A DNA stretch of 64,000 nt from Gammaproteobacteria bacterium (GCA_965203725.1 CBDBDH010000003.1:259973-323972); one strand, 5' to 3'; counted from the first letter of the stretch, positions 9,826 to 20,417 are shown. A program made the numbers and translations. The notes: generated from the sequence alone by a model not told the origin.

Positions 9826-10488
9826 TCAGCGGAGGTCATCCATCGCGGCCACCGCTTTTGAAAAAACGGCCTCGAACTGCTTTTGATTCAGCCGGCCCGT
9901 TTGCGTGTTGTAGCGGCTGCAGTGGTACGAGTCCAGCAGGCTCCACCTGTCCTCGATGCGGTGCAGCGCACCATGGGCAAATGCATAGTGGCTCAGCTTC
10001 ACTCCCAGTGCACGCAATACCGCATCGTGGGCGATCCTGCCCAGGGCCAGCACCACGCTGTCCGGGCGCAGCCCGGCCAGTTCGTTGCGCAGGTAGGCGT
10101 TGCAGTTCCTGATTTCCTCGACCGTGGGCCTGTTGGCCGGCGGCAGGCATTTCACGGCGTTGGTGATCCGGCAGTTCCTCAGTTCAAGCGCATCGTCGGC
10201 ATCTTTCGAGACCGGGCGCGTGGAGAACCCGAACTTGTACAGCGTGCGGTACAGCAGGATGCCTGCATGGTCCCCGGTGAAAGGCCGGCCGGTGGCATTG
10301 GCGCCGTGCAGTCCCGGAGCCAGCCCGACGATCAGCAGCTGTGCGCCCGGATCACCGAAGGCGGCAACCGGCTTGCAGTGATAGTGCGGGTGCAGGGTTT
10401 TCTTGAGTGCCAGGTGCCTGGCGATGCGGGGGCATCGCCTGCAGTTTTCCCGGTAAGTCGAGGAGTGCACTGTAGACACCGGACACAC
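9826..10488 (-). CDS. family 4 uracil-DNA glycosylase (4Fe-4S type)
   Basis: 220 aa. N-terminal CRRCPxxxxHL Cys motif and GDPGAQLLIVGLAPG / TNAVKCLPP motifs typical of family 4 UDG. Confidence 0.75.
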   Translation of the reverse strand: MCPVSTVHSSTYRENCRRCPRIARHLALKKTLHPHYHCKPVAAFGDPGAQLLIVGLAPGLHGANATGRPFTGDHAGILLYRTLYKFGFSTRPVSKDADDALELRNCRITNAVKCLPPANRPTVEEIRNCNAYLRNELAGLRPDSVVLALGRIAHDAVLRALGVKLSHYAFAHGALHRIEDRWSLLDSYHCSRYNTQTGRLNQKQFEAVFSKAVAAMDDLR

Positions 10489-10497
10489 CGCACCGGC

Positions 10498-11472
10498 TCA
10501 GAACTGCAACAGCGCCGAACCCCATGTAAACCCGCTTCCGAAAGCCTCGAGCATCAGGGTCTCCCCTTTCTTGATCCGCCCGTCGCGCACTGCCGTATCC
10601 AGCGCCAGGGGGATGGATGCCGCAGAAGTGTTGCCATGCTCGGACACCGTCAGCACGACGTGCTCCATGGACATTTTCAGCTTTCGCGCCGTGGCCTCGA
10701 TGATCCGGCGGTTCGCCTGGTGCGGCACCAGCCAGTCCAGGTCCTCCTTGCCGATCCGGTTGGCCTCCAGGGCCTCGTCCACGATCTCGCCCAGCTTGTT
10801 CACCGCCATCTTGAACACGGCATTGCCTTCCATGTAGACGTACGCCTCCCCGGCCTTGAGCTGTTCGTAACCGCTGGAAATGCCGTGCGGCACGTGCAGC
10901 AGGTGCTCATAGCTGCCATCGGCATGCAGGTGCGTGGACAGGATTCCGGGTTCGTCGGAGGCCTCGAGCACGACCGCACCGGCCCCGTCACCGAACAGCA
11001 CACAGGTGCTGCGGTCACTCCAGTCCAGGATACGCGACAGGGTCTCCGAGCCTACGATCAACGCACATTTGGCCTCGCCTGCACGGATGAACTTGTCCGC
11101 GATTCCCAGGGCATACACGAAGCCCGTGCATACCGCCTGTACATCGAATGCCGGACAGCCGTGCACGTCGAGCCGCTTTTGCAGCAGGCAGGCGGTGCCC
11201 GGGAAGATCTTGTCGGCGGTGGTGGTCGCGAGGATGATCAGGTCGATCTCGGAGTGGGACTTGCCGGCCATCTCGATCGCGCGCAGGGCGGCGCTGGCCG
11301 CGAGATCGCAGGTGGTCTCGTCGTCGGCCGCGATGTGGCGCTGCCGGATGCCCGTTCGCTCCCGGATCCACTCATCCGTGGTGTCAACAAGTTCCTCCAT
11401 GTCCTTGTTTGTCAGTATTTTTTCAGGCAGATAGCTTCCGGTGCCTGTAATTTTCGAATACGGCATGGTCAA
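10498..11472 (-). CDS. fabH: 3-oxoacyl-ACP synthase III
   Basis: 324 aa. Active-site context [15 protein letters not shown]. Overlaps the plsX stop by 4 nt (plsX-fabH operon). Confidence 0.9.
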   Translation of the reverse strand: MTMPYSKITGTGSYLPEKILTNKDMEELVDTTDEWIRERTGIRQRHIAADDETTCDLAASAALRAIEMAGKSHSEIDLIILATTTADKIFPGTACLLQKRLDVHGCPAFDVQAVCTGFVYALGIADKFIRAGEAKCALIVGSETLSRILDWSDRSTCVLFGDGAGAVVLEASDEPGILSTHLHADGSYEHLLHVPHGISSGYEQLKAGEAYVYMEGNAVFKMAVNKLGEIVDEALEANRIGKEDLDWLVPHQANRRIIEATARKLKMSMEHVVLTVSEHGNTSAASIPLALDTAVRDGRIKKGETLMLEAFGSGFTWGSALLQF

Positions 11473-12488
11473 CGGCTGTAGTTCAGGTATTCGGAGATGT
11501 GGGTATCGATCATTTGAGGCACCTGCTTGACGGCTTCCAGGCGTGCGATGTCGATGGCGTGCTGGAACGAATAGGCATCCGCCCCGCCGTGGCTTTTGAC
11601 GACCACGCCTCGCAGCCCCAGAAGACTGGCACCATTATAGCACCGCGGATCGATTCGCCGCCGGAATGATTTCAGCACCGGCAGGGCCAGTAGCCCGCAA
11701 AGCTTGGTGAACAGGTTCTGCCTGAATTCCTGCTGGATATAGTGGGAGATCGTTTTCGCGACGCCCTCGCTGGACTTCAGTGAGACGTTGCCGGCAAAGC
11801 CGTCACACACCACCACGTTGACATCCCCGCAATAGACGTCATCGCCCTCGACATAGCCGATATAGTTCAGCCCGCTCCTTTGCAGCATTTCGTTGGCATG
11901 CTTCACCTGGTCGTTGCCCTTGATCTCCTCTTCGCCGATATTGAGCAGTCCCACCCGCGGGTTCTCGATCTCGTCGATGGCCGAGGCCAGCACCGCGCCC
12001 ATGACGGCAAACTGCAGCAGGTGCTCGCTGCTGCAGCCGACATTGGCCCCCAGGTCCAGCATGTAGGTCTGGCCCTGGATGGAGGGAATCGCGCTGGTGA
12101 TGGCCGGGCGGTCGATGCCTGACAGCATCTTGAGCACGTACCGGGCCGTGGCTACCAGTGCCCCGGTGTTCCCGGCACTGACGCAAGCGTGCGCGGTGCC
12201 GTCCTTGACCAGGTCCACGGCCACCCGCATGGATGAATCTTTTTTGCTGCGCAGGGCCCGTGAAGGCGATTCGTCCATCTCGATGCGCTGGCTTGCATGA
12301 TGCACGCGCAGCCGGTCGGAAGGCGAGGCGTTGATGCGGGTGAGTTCATCGGTGATCTCGCGCTCGTCGCCGACCAGGACCAGGGAGGTGTCCGGGTGGT
12401 CCTTCAGGTAGGCCACGGCGGCCTCGGCCACCACGGCAACCCCGAAGTCACCGCCCATGGCATCCAGGGAGACTGTGTAGCGGGTCAC
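11469..12488 (-). CDS. plsX: phosphate acyltransferase PlsX
   Basis: 339 aa. The N-terminal SLDAMGGD motif is seen in the translation; homology is strong along the full length. Confidence 0.9.
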   Translation of the reverse strand: MTRYTVSLDAMGGDFGVAVVAEAAVAYLKDHPDTSLVLVGDEREITDELTRINASPSDRLRVHHASQRIEMDESPSRALRSKKDSSMRVAVDLVKDGTAHACVSAGNTGALVATARYVLKMLSGIDRPAITSAIPSIQGQTYMLDLGANVGCSSEHLLQFAVMGAVLASAIDEIENPRVGLLNIGEEEIKGNDQVKHANEMLQRSGLNYIGYVEGDDVYCGDVNVVVCDGFAGNVSLKSSEGVAKTISHYIQQEFRQNLFTKLCGLLALPVLKSFRRRIDPRCYNGASLLGLRGVVVKSHGGADAYSFQHAIDIARLEAVKQVPQMIDTHISEYLNYSR

Positions 12489-12584
12489 GGCAGATCAGGC
12501 GGTTCCCCGAAGGCCGTATGCGAGCCGGGCAGACAGGCCATCAGGGTCGGTGGGGCGGGTTTTGGGAGGCCGGTGCGGAAGTGG

Positions 12585-12782
12585 CTACTCCTCGTCGTCC
12601 TCGGATTTATCAGGTTTCACGACCACCTGCCGGCCCCGGTAGTAGCCATCCTGCGTCACGTGATGACGCCGGTGGCGCTCGCCGGTGGTCGGGTCCGTGG
12701 ACAGGGTGGCAGCGGTGAGCGCATCATGCGCGCGACGCATGTCTCTTTTTGAGCGTGTCTTCCTGTTCTTTTGTACCGCCAT
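12585..12782 (-). CDS. rpmF: 50S ribosomal protein L32
   Basis: [23 protein letters not shown]-terminus, 65 aa with an acidic C-terminal tail. Confidence 0.9.
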   Translation of the reverse strand: MAVQKNRKTRSKRDMRRAHDALTAATLSTDPTTGERHRRHHVTQDGYYRGRQVVVKPDKSEDDEE

Positions 12783-12952
12783 GGGATTCTCCTCGCTTCA
12801 CGAGCGTTTCAAAATGGCAAACGGATTCCTGGCAGGCCCGCTCGCCCTCTCCTTCGAACCCGGCCACGCTACCATACCTGGAACACGGAATGAAATATCC
12901 ACATGTCTAGGGACCCGCAGCTGGAGCATGGCCTGGCGGAGCGTTGCAGGGC

Positions 12953-13933
12953 TCAGTGCAGCGCCGGGTTCACGAGAAGTTCGCGAACCGGCCGGGCCAG
13001 GGCACTCCCCAGCTGCCTCGCGAACCGCTGCAGGACATCCTCGCGCTGGGTGTAGTCCCGGATGCCCGCAACGCCCACCACCTCGCGCGCCACGTACCCC
13101 GGGCTGCCGAAACCGTCCACCAGCCCGATCTCGAGCGCCTGCTCCCCGGTCCAGAACAGGCCGCTGAACACCTCGTCCTCATCGATGAGCCGTTCACCCC
13201 TGCCCTGTCGCACCGCTTCGATGAACTGCCGGTGGATCTCATCGAGCAGTTTCTGCACGTGCGCCTTCTCGAATGGTTCTTCAGGAGAAAACGGGTCGAG
13301 CAGCCCCTTGTGCTTGCCGGCGATCATGAGCCGGCGTTCGACGCCGAGCTTTTCCATCGCCTCGACGAAACCGAAGCCGTCCATCATCACCCCGATGGAG
13401 CCGACGATGCTGGCCCTGTCCGCATAGATCTCGTCGGCGGCCACGGCAGCGAATACGCCGCCCGAGGCACAGACATCGGTGACCACGGCATACAGGGGCT
13501 TTTCGGGGTGAAGCTCACGCAGGCGCGTGATCTCGCGGTTGATGTAGCCGGCCTGCACCGGACTTCCTCCCGGGCTGTTGATCTTCAGGATCACGGCCAC
13601 CGAACGGGGATTCTCGAAGGCCGCCCGCAGTCCGGAATTCACGTTGTGGGCGCTGGCCGTCTCGCCGTCGGCAATGATGCCGGTCATCTCCACCATCGCC
13701 GTATGCTGCGTGCCGTCCGGAAGCTCAGAAAGATTCCAGTCCATCATGCCGATGAGGAACAGGCCGAGATAGGCAAAGCCCAGTGACTTGAAGAATATTC
13801 CCCAGCGCCTCGCCCGGCGCTGTTCCCGAAGGCCTGCGGAGGCCAGCTTGACGATGGCATCCTGTTCCCAGGAGGGCCCGGCACGCGCAGGCTGCATGCG
13901 CTCGCCTTCCAGGTTGATCTCAGGTTCCATATT
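12953..13933 (-). CDS. sppA: signal peptide peptidase SppA (36K type, S49 family)
   Basis: N-terminal TM (IFFKSLGFAYLGLFLIGMM) and S49 motifs (SPGGSPVQAG, ASGGVFAA). The start is chosen at MEPEINLEG. The ORF track extends to 13981 but would overlap rluC. Confidence 0.7.
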   Translation of the reverse strand, partial: NMEPEINLEGERMQPARAGPSWEQDAIVKLASAGLREQRRARRWGIFFKSLGFAYLGLFLIGMMDWNLSELPDGTQHTAMVEMTGIIADGETASAHNVNSGLRAAFENPRSVAVILKINSPGGSPVQAGYINREITRLRELHPEKPLYAVVTDVCASGGVFAAVAADEIYADRASIVGSIGVMMDGFGFVEAMEKLGVERRLMIAGKHKGLLDPFSPEEPFEKAHVQKLLDEIHRQFIEAVRQGRGERLIDEDEVFSGLFWTGEQALEIGLVDGFGSPGYVAREVVGVAGIRDYTQREDVLQRFARQLGSALARPVRELLVNPALH

Positions 13934-14900
13934 CGCTCTCCGGCTCGGGACTTCCGCTTGGTTTCCCGTGCATGTCCGCATGCGCGGAGAGGCTTTCCAG
14001 GAAGTCGTTCAGTTCGGGGCTCAACGGTGCTGTTATAGCATATTTCACGCCGTTGCTTCGACACCGGAAGGTGAGCCTCGAGGCATGCAGGAACATGCGC
14101 CTGAGCCCGTCCTTGCGCAAGGCGCGGTTGAAGGGGAAATCCCCGTATTTCGGGTCCCCTGCCACCGGATGGCCGGCCTGCGCGGCGTGGATGCGGATCT
14201 GGTGGGTGCGCCCGGTGCGGATCCTGATTTTCATCAGGGAAAGCCCGTCAAAGACCCGCAGTGGATGAAAGTGGCTGATGGCCTCGCGGTAGCGCCCGTT
14301 CGCCCCGTCGGGGCCGGGCCGCTCCGCCTTCTTTTTCAACGGCACGCGGATCTTCCTCGCCCCCTGGTTCCAGGCCCCCTTGACCAGGGCCAGGTACTCC
14401 TTTTCGATTTCGCGGTCCCGGAGCAGCGCGTGCAGCTCGCCCAGCATGGCCTTGTCCTTGGCGATGAGCAGGCAGCCGCTGGTGTGGCGGTCCAGACGGT
14501 GCGCGAGCTCCAGGAAGGGGGCCTCCGGACGAAGGGCCCGCACCACCTCGATCACACCGAACGGCGCCAGGTGACCCGGGTGCACGGCGATGCCCGCCGG
14601 CTTGTTGATGGCAAGCACCGATGCGTCCTCGTACAGGATGCGCGAGCGGATCACGGAGCGGATGTCCTGCGGGATCACCGGTGTGCGGGCCGGTGCGGTG
14701 CGCAGCGGCGGAACCGTCACCGTGTCATTCGCGACCAGCCGGTGGGTTTGGCGGATGCGCCTGCCGTTGATGCGGATCTTGCCGGTGCGCAGCAAGCGGT
14801 AGATGAGACCCTTGGGGACCCCCTTGAGGTTCGCGAACAGGAAGTTGTCGATGCGCTGGCCTTCCCGGGTGGAATCGATGACATAGGTGGTCGGCTTCAT
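13920..14900 (-). CDS. rluC: 23S rRNA pseudouridine synthase RluC
   Basis: 326 aa. S4 domain N-terminus plus RluA-family catalytic motif HRLDRHTSGCLLIAK. Divergent from rne as in E. coli. Confidence 0.8.
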   Translation of the reverse strand: MKPTTYVIDSTREGQRIDNFLFANLKGVPKGLIYRLLRTGKIRINGRRIRQTHRLVANDTVTVPPLRTAPARTPVIPQDIRSVIRSRILYEDASVLAINKPAGIAVHPGHLAPFGVIEVVRALRPEAPFLELAHRLDRHTSGCLLIAKDKAMLGELHALLRDREIEKEYLALVKGAWNQGARKIRVPLKKKAERPGPDGANGRYREAISHFHPLRVFDGLSLMKIRIRTGRTHQIRIHAAQAGHPVAGDPKYGDFPFNRALRKDGLRRMFLHASRLTFRCRSNGVKYAITAPLSPELNDFLESLSAHADMHGKPSGSPEPESEYGT

Positions 14901-15328
14901 GATGGATCCACAGCGTGCTGGCGCCAGCCCGGTTGCACCGGTGATCGGGAGCAGCGTGTACCGCGACAGTATAACTTGTGAATTTCGGAATAGTTACGTA
15001 CCATTGCTGTCACGGTGCCAACGATGAAATGCATGTTTGATGCGGCACCGTCTTAAGTGTTGGATTTTCCGCTTGCATGGCCCCGGGCGTTTCTGCCACG
15101 GCTGTGGAAGCAAGCTTGAGCCGTACCGGCTGACGGGTTCACAAGGAACCCCGCGAATCGGTTCAGAGTAAAAAATGATTGGTTTATTAAGTTTCACAGT
15201 CCACTTGTTCCACGGACCCCTCTCCACTGAACCTGCAGGCCAGGCACATCAAGGCCCTGGGGGAACTCTCATGGAGCGGCATTCAGTACATGCGTCGCGT
15301 GGAAAGCGGGCACTACACAGAGTTAGCA
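14901..15328. promoter_or_regulatory. rluC-rne divergent promoter region and long rne 5' leader (candidate autoregulatory UTR)
   Basis: 428-nt intergenic region upstream of rne. Enterobacterial rne has a long structured 5' UTR used for autoregulation. Proposed here by position only. Confidence 0.3.
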
Positions 15329-17530
15329 ATGAAAAGAATCCTAGTCAATGCCACGCAACAAGAAGAGTTGCGGGTCGGGATGGTCGATGGACAGCGACTG
15401 TACGATCTCGACATCGAATTACCTTCAAGAAACCAGAGAAAAGATAACATCTACAAAGGCACCATCACCCGGATTCAGCCGAGTCTGGAGGCTGCCTTTG
15501 TCAATTACGGTGCCGAACGCCACGGCTTTCTGCCCTTCAAGGAAATCTCGCGCGATTTCCTGAGCGGTTCGCCCAGCAACAACGGAGAACGGGTACCGAT
15601 CCGCAACCTCATCTCCGAGGGCCAGGAAATCATCGTACAGGTCGAGCGCGAAGAGCGGGGCAACAAGGGTGCGGCCCTGACCACGTACATCAGCCTCGCC
15701 GGGCGCTACCTCGTCCTGATGCCGAACAATCCGCGCGCGAACGGCGTGTCCCGGCGCATCGAAGGCGACGACCGCGACGAGGTCCGAAACGTGCTGTCCA
15801 AGCTTGACGTACCCAAGGGCATGGGAGTCATCGCGCGAACGGCCGGGGTGGGACATGCACCGGAAGAGCTCCAGTGGGACCTCGACTACCTGCAAAAGGT
15901 CTATGCCTCCATCAAGGCCGCTGCCGATTCCAGGAACAAGCCGTTCCTGATCTACCAGGAGAGCAACGTCATCATCCGGGCATTGCGCGACCACCTGAGG
16001 GATGACATCAGCGAGATCATCATCGACGACCCGGACGTGTTCCGTGATGCGAAGAAGTTCGTCGAGCAGGTCATGCCGCACAACCTCAAAAAACTCAAGC
16101 ACTATGAAGACCATGTTCCCCTGTTCAACCGCTACCAGATCGAATCGCAGATCGAGGCCGCGTTCGAGCGTGAAGTCTCCCTGCCCTCCGGCGGGTCCAT
16201 GGTCATCGATCACACGGAGGCCATGATCTGCATCGACATCAACTCGGCCAAGGCGACCAAGGGCAGCGACATCGAGGAAACCGCACTCAACACCAACCTC
16301 GAGGCCGCGGACGAGACCGCGAGGCAGTTGCGCCTGCGCGACCTCGGCGGACTGATCATCATCGACTTCATCGACATGACGCCCGAGAAAAACCGCCGCG
16401 AAGTGGAAAGGCGCCTGCGCGAGGCGCTCAAGATCGACCGTGCCCGTGTTCAGGTCGGACACATCTCCCAGTTCGGGCTGCTGGAGATGTCGCGCCAGCG
16501 ACTGCGACCCTCGCTGGAAGAGTCGAGCCAGATCGTATGCCCGCGTTGCAGCGGCCATGGAACGATCCGCAGCATCGAGTCGCTTGCACTTGCGGTGCTT
16601 CGCCTGATCGAGGATGAGGCCATGAAGGAAAGCACGGGCAAGGTCATCGCCAAGCTCCCGGTCGAAGTCACGAGCTTTTTGCTGAATGAAAAGCGCACCG
16701 GCATCAGCGAAATCGAGGCGCGCCACGACGTGCAACTCCTGATCGTACCGGACCCGAACCTGGAAACCCCGCACTTCACCGTCGAAAGGGTACGCAGCCA
16801 GGATGCCAAACCCGGCCAGAAACCGAGCTACGAGCATATCCCCCAGGAAGAGACCGGGCTCGCGCCCTACCGACAAGCTCCGGCGGCAGTGGAACAGCCT
16901 GCCGTGAAATCCATCCATGCGAGCACCCCGGCCCCTCCCTCGAAGACACAGTCCGACCCCAAGGGGCGTGCACCTCGTCCATTGAAAGCCCTTTTCGGAT
17001 GGCTTTCCGGCGGCAACAAGACTTCGGAAGAGGCCCCGCCGGCCAAGGTGAAGGAGCCCTCTGGCGAGCCCCGCTCCACGACACGCACCCGCAGTGATCA
17101 AAGAAGGCGGGGATCACGTGATCATGGGCGCGGCGGCCACCGGCGCAGGGACGGTTCCCGGCGAACGGACGGCCAGCGCAGGGACGGTTCCAGAAGAGCG
17201 GACGGCCAGCGCAGGGACGGCTCCAGGAGAGCGGACGGTCAGCGCAAGGATGGTTCCAGAAGGACGGAGGGTCAGCGCAAGGACGGCTCCAGAAAAACGG
17301 ACGATCAACGCAGGCCGGGCTCCGAGCGAAAAAGCCACGGCAGCCGGGACCAGGCCAGCGCCAAGCCAGTCGTGCCCCCGCCAACAGACTCGAGCAAGTC
17401 TGCGCCAGCGGACCCCGACCAGGCGAGACCGGCAGACCCGGGCAAGTCCCCGCCAGCGGACTCCGGCCAGTCGCCACCAGCGAATCCGGGCCCGTCGCCA
17501 TCGACGGACCCTGGCAAGTCTTCCTCGTAG
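15329..17530 (+). CDS. rne: ribonuclease E
   Basis: N-terminal catalytic domain [30 protein letters not shown]... is near-identical in pattern to E. coli RNase E. C-terminal region is Arg/Pro-rich and low-complexity. True start is the ATG at 15329, 13 codons inside the listed ORF. Confidence 0.9.
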   Translation: MKRILVNATQQEELRVGMVDGQRLYDLDIELPSRNQRKDNIYKGTITRIQPSLEAAFVNYGAERHGFLPFKEISRDFLSGSPSNNGERVPIRNLISEGQEIIVQVEREERGNKGAALTTYISLAGRYLVLMPNNPRANGVSRRIEGDDRDEVRNVLSKLDVPKGMGVIARTAGVGHAPEELQWDLDYLQKVYASIKAAADSRNKPFLIYQESNVIIRALRDHLRDDISEIIIDDPDVFRDAKKFVEQVMPHNLKKLKHYEDHVPLFNRYQIESQIEAAFEREVSLPSGGSMVIDHTEAMICIDINSAKATKGSDIEETALNTNLEAADETARQLRLRDLGGLIIIDFIDMTPEKNRREVERRLREALKIDRARVQVGHISQFGLLEMSRQRLRPSLEESSQIVCPRCSGHGTIRSIESLALAVLRLIEDEAMKESTGKVIAKLPVEVTSFLLNEKRTGISEIEARHDVQLLIVPDPNLETPHFTVERVRSQDAKPGQKPSYEHIPQEETGLAPYRQAPAAVEQPAVKSIHASTPAPPSKTQSDPKGRAPRPLKALFGWLSGGNKTSEEAPPAKVKEPSGEPRSTTRTRSDQRRRGSRDHGRGGHRRRDGSRRTDGQRRDGSRRADGQRRDGSRRADGQRKDGSRRTEGQRKDGSRKTDDQRRPGSERKSHGSRDQASAKPVVPPPTDSSKSAPADPDQARPADPGKSPPADSGQSPPANPGPSPSTDPGKSSS
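17144..17308. repeat. 33-nt in-frame tandem repeat, 5 copies, inside the rne C-terminal scaffold region
   Basis: Units begin at 17144, 17177, 17210, 17243 and 17276 (gcagggacggttccNNNNgagcggacggccagc). They encode RDGSRR(A/T)DGQR x5. Confidence 0.8.
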
Positions 17531-17575
17531 AAGCCTCGTCGCGGGGCCGCAGCCCCTCTCCCAGGCCTTGCCGAA

Positions 17576-18103
17576 TCAGGCTTGTGCAGGGATTTCCAGC
17601 GCGTGCTGGACCTGGATATGCTCCAGCAGGGCGCTGCATGCATCCTCGATCATGTCCAGGACCGCTTCAAACCCGTCCAGCCCTCCGTAGTAGGGGTCGG
17701 GGACTTCCTCGCACTCGACATGACGGGCAAACTCCAGCAGCAAGTGCACCTTGTGGCGGTGGACCCGGTGACAGTGAGTCAGCAGATGCTCACGGTTCTG
17801 GTGGTCCATGGCAAGGATGAGGTCGAACTCTGTGAAATCGGAGGCCCTGACCTTGCGGGCTCGCAGATGCTCCAGAGAATGGCCCCGTCGGGCTGCCACT
17901 GCCACAGCCCGCGAGTCCGGTGGCTCGCCGGTGTGGTAGGCATAGGTGCCGGCAGAGTCTACCGCGATGACCTCCTGCAGCTTGTGTTTTCGGACCAGGT
18001 CTTGAAAAACGCCATGAGCCATGGGAGAGCGGCAAATATTTCCCATACACACGAACAGGATGTTGATGTCCTTGCGTGTGGCCGGGCTGTCTGGGAGTTT
18101 CAT
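17576..18103 (-). CDS. low-molecular-weight protein-tyrosine phosphatase
   Basis: P-loop ILFVCMGNICRSPMAHG (CX5R) and a C-terminal DPYY motif. Start placed at MKLPDS. The ORF track offers upstream alternatives up to 18172. Confidence 0.7.
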   Translation of the reverse strand: MKLPDSPATRKDINILFVCMGNICRSPMAHGVFQDLVRKHKLQEVIAVDSAGTYAYHTGEPPDSRAVAVAARRGHSLEHLRARKVRASDFTEFDLILAMDHQNREHLLTHCHRVHRHKVHLLLEFARHVECEEVPDPYYGGLDGFEAVLDMIEDACSALLEHIQVQHALEIPAQA

Positions 18104-18161
18104 TTCGATCTGCATCCTGGTTGATTCGGGTGCACACTTGCAGGGGATCACCCGCCGGCCG

Positions 18162-19499
18162 CTAGCGGTCAAACGTCAGCCGTTCCCCCAGAAAGGGTTG
18201 CTCCGATACCCGGCCCTGCTCGTACACCACCTGGCCGTTCAAGATGGTGGTGTCGATCGTCGAACGAAAGGTGTAGCCGGCAAACGGCGACCAGCCGCAC
18301 TTGTACAGGACGCTGTCATCGGTCACGGTACAGGGCCTGGAGGCATCGATCAGCACCAGGTCGGCCCGGTAGCCTTCCTCGATGAATCCTCGCTCGGCGA
18401 CCGAGAACCGCCGGGCCACGTTGTGGCTGGTCTTCTCCACGATTTTCTCCAGGCTCAGCACGCCGTCATGGTAATGCTCCATGAGGCTCAGCAGGGCATG
18501 CTGCACCAGCGGCAGTCCTGCAGGTGACTCCAGGTAGTTGCCGGCCTTTTCCTCAAGCGTGTGCGGGGCATGGTCCGTGGCGATGATGTCGATACGGTCT
18601 TCCATGACGGCCTTGAGCAATCCTTCCCTGTCGCGAGCTGTCTTGATCGCCGGGTTGCATTTGACCAATGCACCGAGGGTGGCGTAATCCGCATCACTGA
18701 AGAACAGGTGGTGCACACAGACCTCCGCTGTGATGGGCTTGCCCTGAATCTTGCCTTTCGAGAACAGCTCCAGTTCCCGGGCCGTTGAGAGATGCAGGAC
18801 GTGCAGTTGGGTACCATGCCGGGTTGCCAGGTCCACGGCCTTCACGGAAGACTTGTAGCAGGCCTCCTCCGAGCGGATGACCGGGTGGTATTCCTCTGGA
18901 ATGTCATCCCCGTATTCGCGCTGGAACTTGCGAAGATTCTCGTTGATCATCGGCGAGTCTTCGCAATGCGTGATCACGGGTACGGGCGCGAATTCGAAAA
19001 TACCCTCCAGGGCCTCATCGCGATCAACCAGCAGGTTTCCGGTCGAGGCTCCCATGAATACCTTGATGCCGCAGGCGAGGTCTGTGGGCAGGCGCTTGAT
19101 CTCTTCCAGGTTGTCATTGCTGGTACCCATGTAGAAGGCGTAGTTCGCGCGCGCGCGATCGGCTGCGATCCGGTACTTGTCCCGCAGCCGCTCCACCGTC
19201 AGGGTCGGGGGCGAGACATTGGGCATGTCCATGAAGCTCGTGATGCCGCCGGCGATGGCCGCACGTGACTCGGTGGCGATCTCGGCCTTGTGGGTCAGGC
19301 CGGGCTCGCGAAAATGGACCTGGTCATCGATCATGCCGGGGATCAGGAACTTCCCGTTGGCATCAATGATGCGTTTTGCAGGCTGGTGCTGCAGGTCGGC
19401 ACCGACCTGTGCGATCCGCTGGTCCGTGACCAGGACATCCTGTTCGGAGATGACGTGATTGTTGATCAGGCTTGAATTGGTGATTAACAGGTCATGCAT
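18162..19499 (-). CDS. dihydroorotase-like cyclic amidohydrolase (class I DHOase / dihydropyrimidinase family)
   Basis: 445 aa. Metal-binding DDQVHFREPG (HxH), a conserved carbamylated-Lys region, and a C-terminal beta-sandwich. Confidence 0.6.
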   Translation of the reverse strand: MHDLLITNSSLINNHVISEQDVLVTDQRIAQVGADLQHQPAKRIIDANGKFLIPGMIDDQVHFREPGLTHKAEIATESRAAIAGGITSFMDMPNVSPPTLTVERLRDKYRIAADRARANYAFYMGTSNDNLEEIKRLPTDLACGIKVFMGASTGNLLVDRDEALEGIFEFAPVPVITHCEDSPMINENLRKFQREYGDDIPEEYHPVIRSEEACYKSSVKAVDLATRHGTQLHVLHLSTARELELFSKGKIQGKPITAEVCVHHLFFSDADYATLGALVKCNPAIKTARDREGLLKAVMEDRIDIIATDHAPHTLEEKAGNYLESPAGLPLVQHALLSLMEHYHDGVLSLEKIVEKTSHNVARRFSVAERGFIEEGYRADLVLIDASRPCTVTDDSVLYKCGWSPFAGYTFRSTIDTTILNGQVVYEQGRVSEQPFLGERLTFDR

Positions 19500-19559
19500 G
19501 AAACTACTTCGCCGATATCCCCTTAAAACCTGCGGGCCGCATGACGGCGGGAACGTTCC

Positions 19560-19751
19560 TCATTGCAGCCGGTTCACGAGCCGGTACACAGCAATCAGTA
19601 TCCCGAAGCCCACGTACATCCCCAGCAGGCAGATCAGCATCAGGATTCCCAGCCCGGGCTCGATGGTACCGGAACGAACCAGCGCGAACACCCCGATTGC
19701 AATGCCGATGAATGCAGAAACAGCCGCTGCGACAGCCAGTAATTTTGTCAT
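19560..19751 (-). CDS. small two-TM membrane protein, hypothetical
   Basis: 63 aa, two hydrophobic helices. No recognisable family. Confidence 0.25.
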   Translation of the reverse strand: MTKLLAVAAAVSAFIGIAIGVFALVRSGTIEPGLGILMLICLLGMYVGFGILIAVYRLVNRLQ

Positions 19752-19819
19752 GAAATCCCGTATGAATTTCCCGCGTCCAGGGTACCAGCCTCACCTTACA
19801 CGAAAATATCCCGGGATTC

Positions 19820-20047
19820 ATGAATCTCCTGGCGATTATCCCCGGGAAATGGGTAGAGCAGGCCTTGCACAATTTTGGCCATGGATGGCAGAATCAGCGG
19901 CCTTTCTTCATGTACCGGTTGTCTGGCTGCAAAGCGGCGTACAGCCGGTGCATTGTTTTCCGGTATGAGTACAATGAGATCGGGGACGTGGGCCTTGTGG
20001 AAAGGCTACAAGCGGCGCAAAAAGCAAAGGTAGTCATATGGTATTAA
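19820..20047 (+). CDS. putative RelE/ParE-superfamily addiction-module killer protein (diverged, short)
   Basis: 75 aa ORF whose 3' end overlaps the antidote start by 10 nt. Weak RelE/ParE-like YR-x-IVFRY...Q..KAK pattern. Its start codon is embedded in a perfect 12-bp palindrome. Confidence 0.35.
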   Translation: MNLLAIIPGKWVEQALHNFGHGWQNQRPFFMYRLSGCKAAYSRCIVFRYEYNEIGDVGLVERLQAAQKAKVVIWY

Positions 20048-20352
20048 CACGCGATTTTAGAACCACCATTTTGGAGCGGGCGCAGACTGATCCTGAATTC
20101 CGTGTGGGCTTGCTTGCCGAAGCTGCTGAGTGTTTGCTGAATAACGAACCTGAGGTGGCCAAAACGTTGCTGCGCGATTACGTGAATGCAACTATCGGCT
20201 TTCAGGGCTTGGCTGAAATCGTGGACAAAAAACCCACTAGCCTAATGCGAATGCTCAGCGACAAGGGCAACCCCAGCTTGGGTAATATTTCGCAAGTGCT
20301 GGCAGCTGTGCGTGAACATGAAGGCGTTCATTTGCATGTGAGTGCTGCATAA
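20038..20352 (+). CDS. addiction-module antidote protein (HTH; TIGR02684-like)
   Basis: 104 aa. The characteristic C-terminus ...SDKGNPSLGNISQVLAAVREHEGVHLHVSAA matches the GNPSF...ALGL.L.V antidote signature. Lower GC than the surrounding sequence. Confidence 0.65.
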   Translation: MVLTRDFRTTILERAQTDPEFRVGLLAEAAECLLNNEPEVAKTLLRDYVNATIGFQGLAEIVDKKPTSLMRMLSDKGNPSLGNISQVLAAVREHEGVHLHVSAA

Positions 20353-20417
20353 CCAAATGACTGCTTTATAGATGTCAGTCTACGGGCGTAGCGGATAAGG
20401 TTATAGGCAATACCAGC

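Noticed and set aside
17094-17690. 198-aa plus-strand ORF overlapping the rne 3' end (Ala/Pro/Arg-rich). Several other ORFs lie in the rne repeat region (17114-17338 -, 17305-17643 -).
   Set aside because: Alternative-frame translations of the rne low-complexity repeats. The rne frame is continuous from the conserved catalytic domain.
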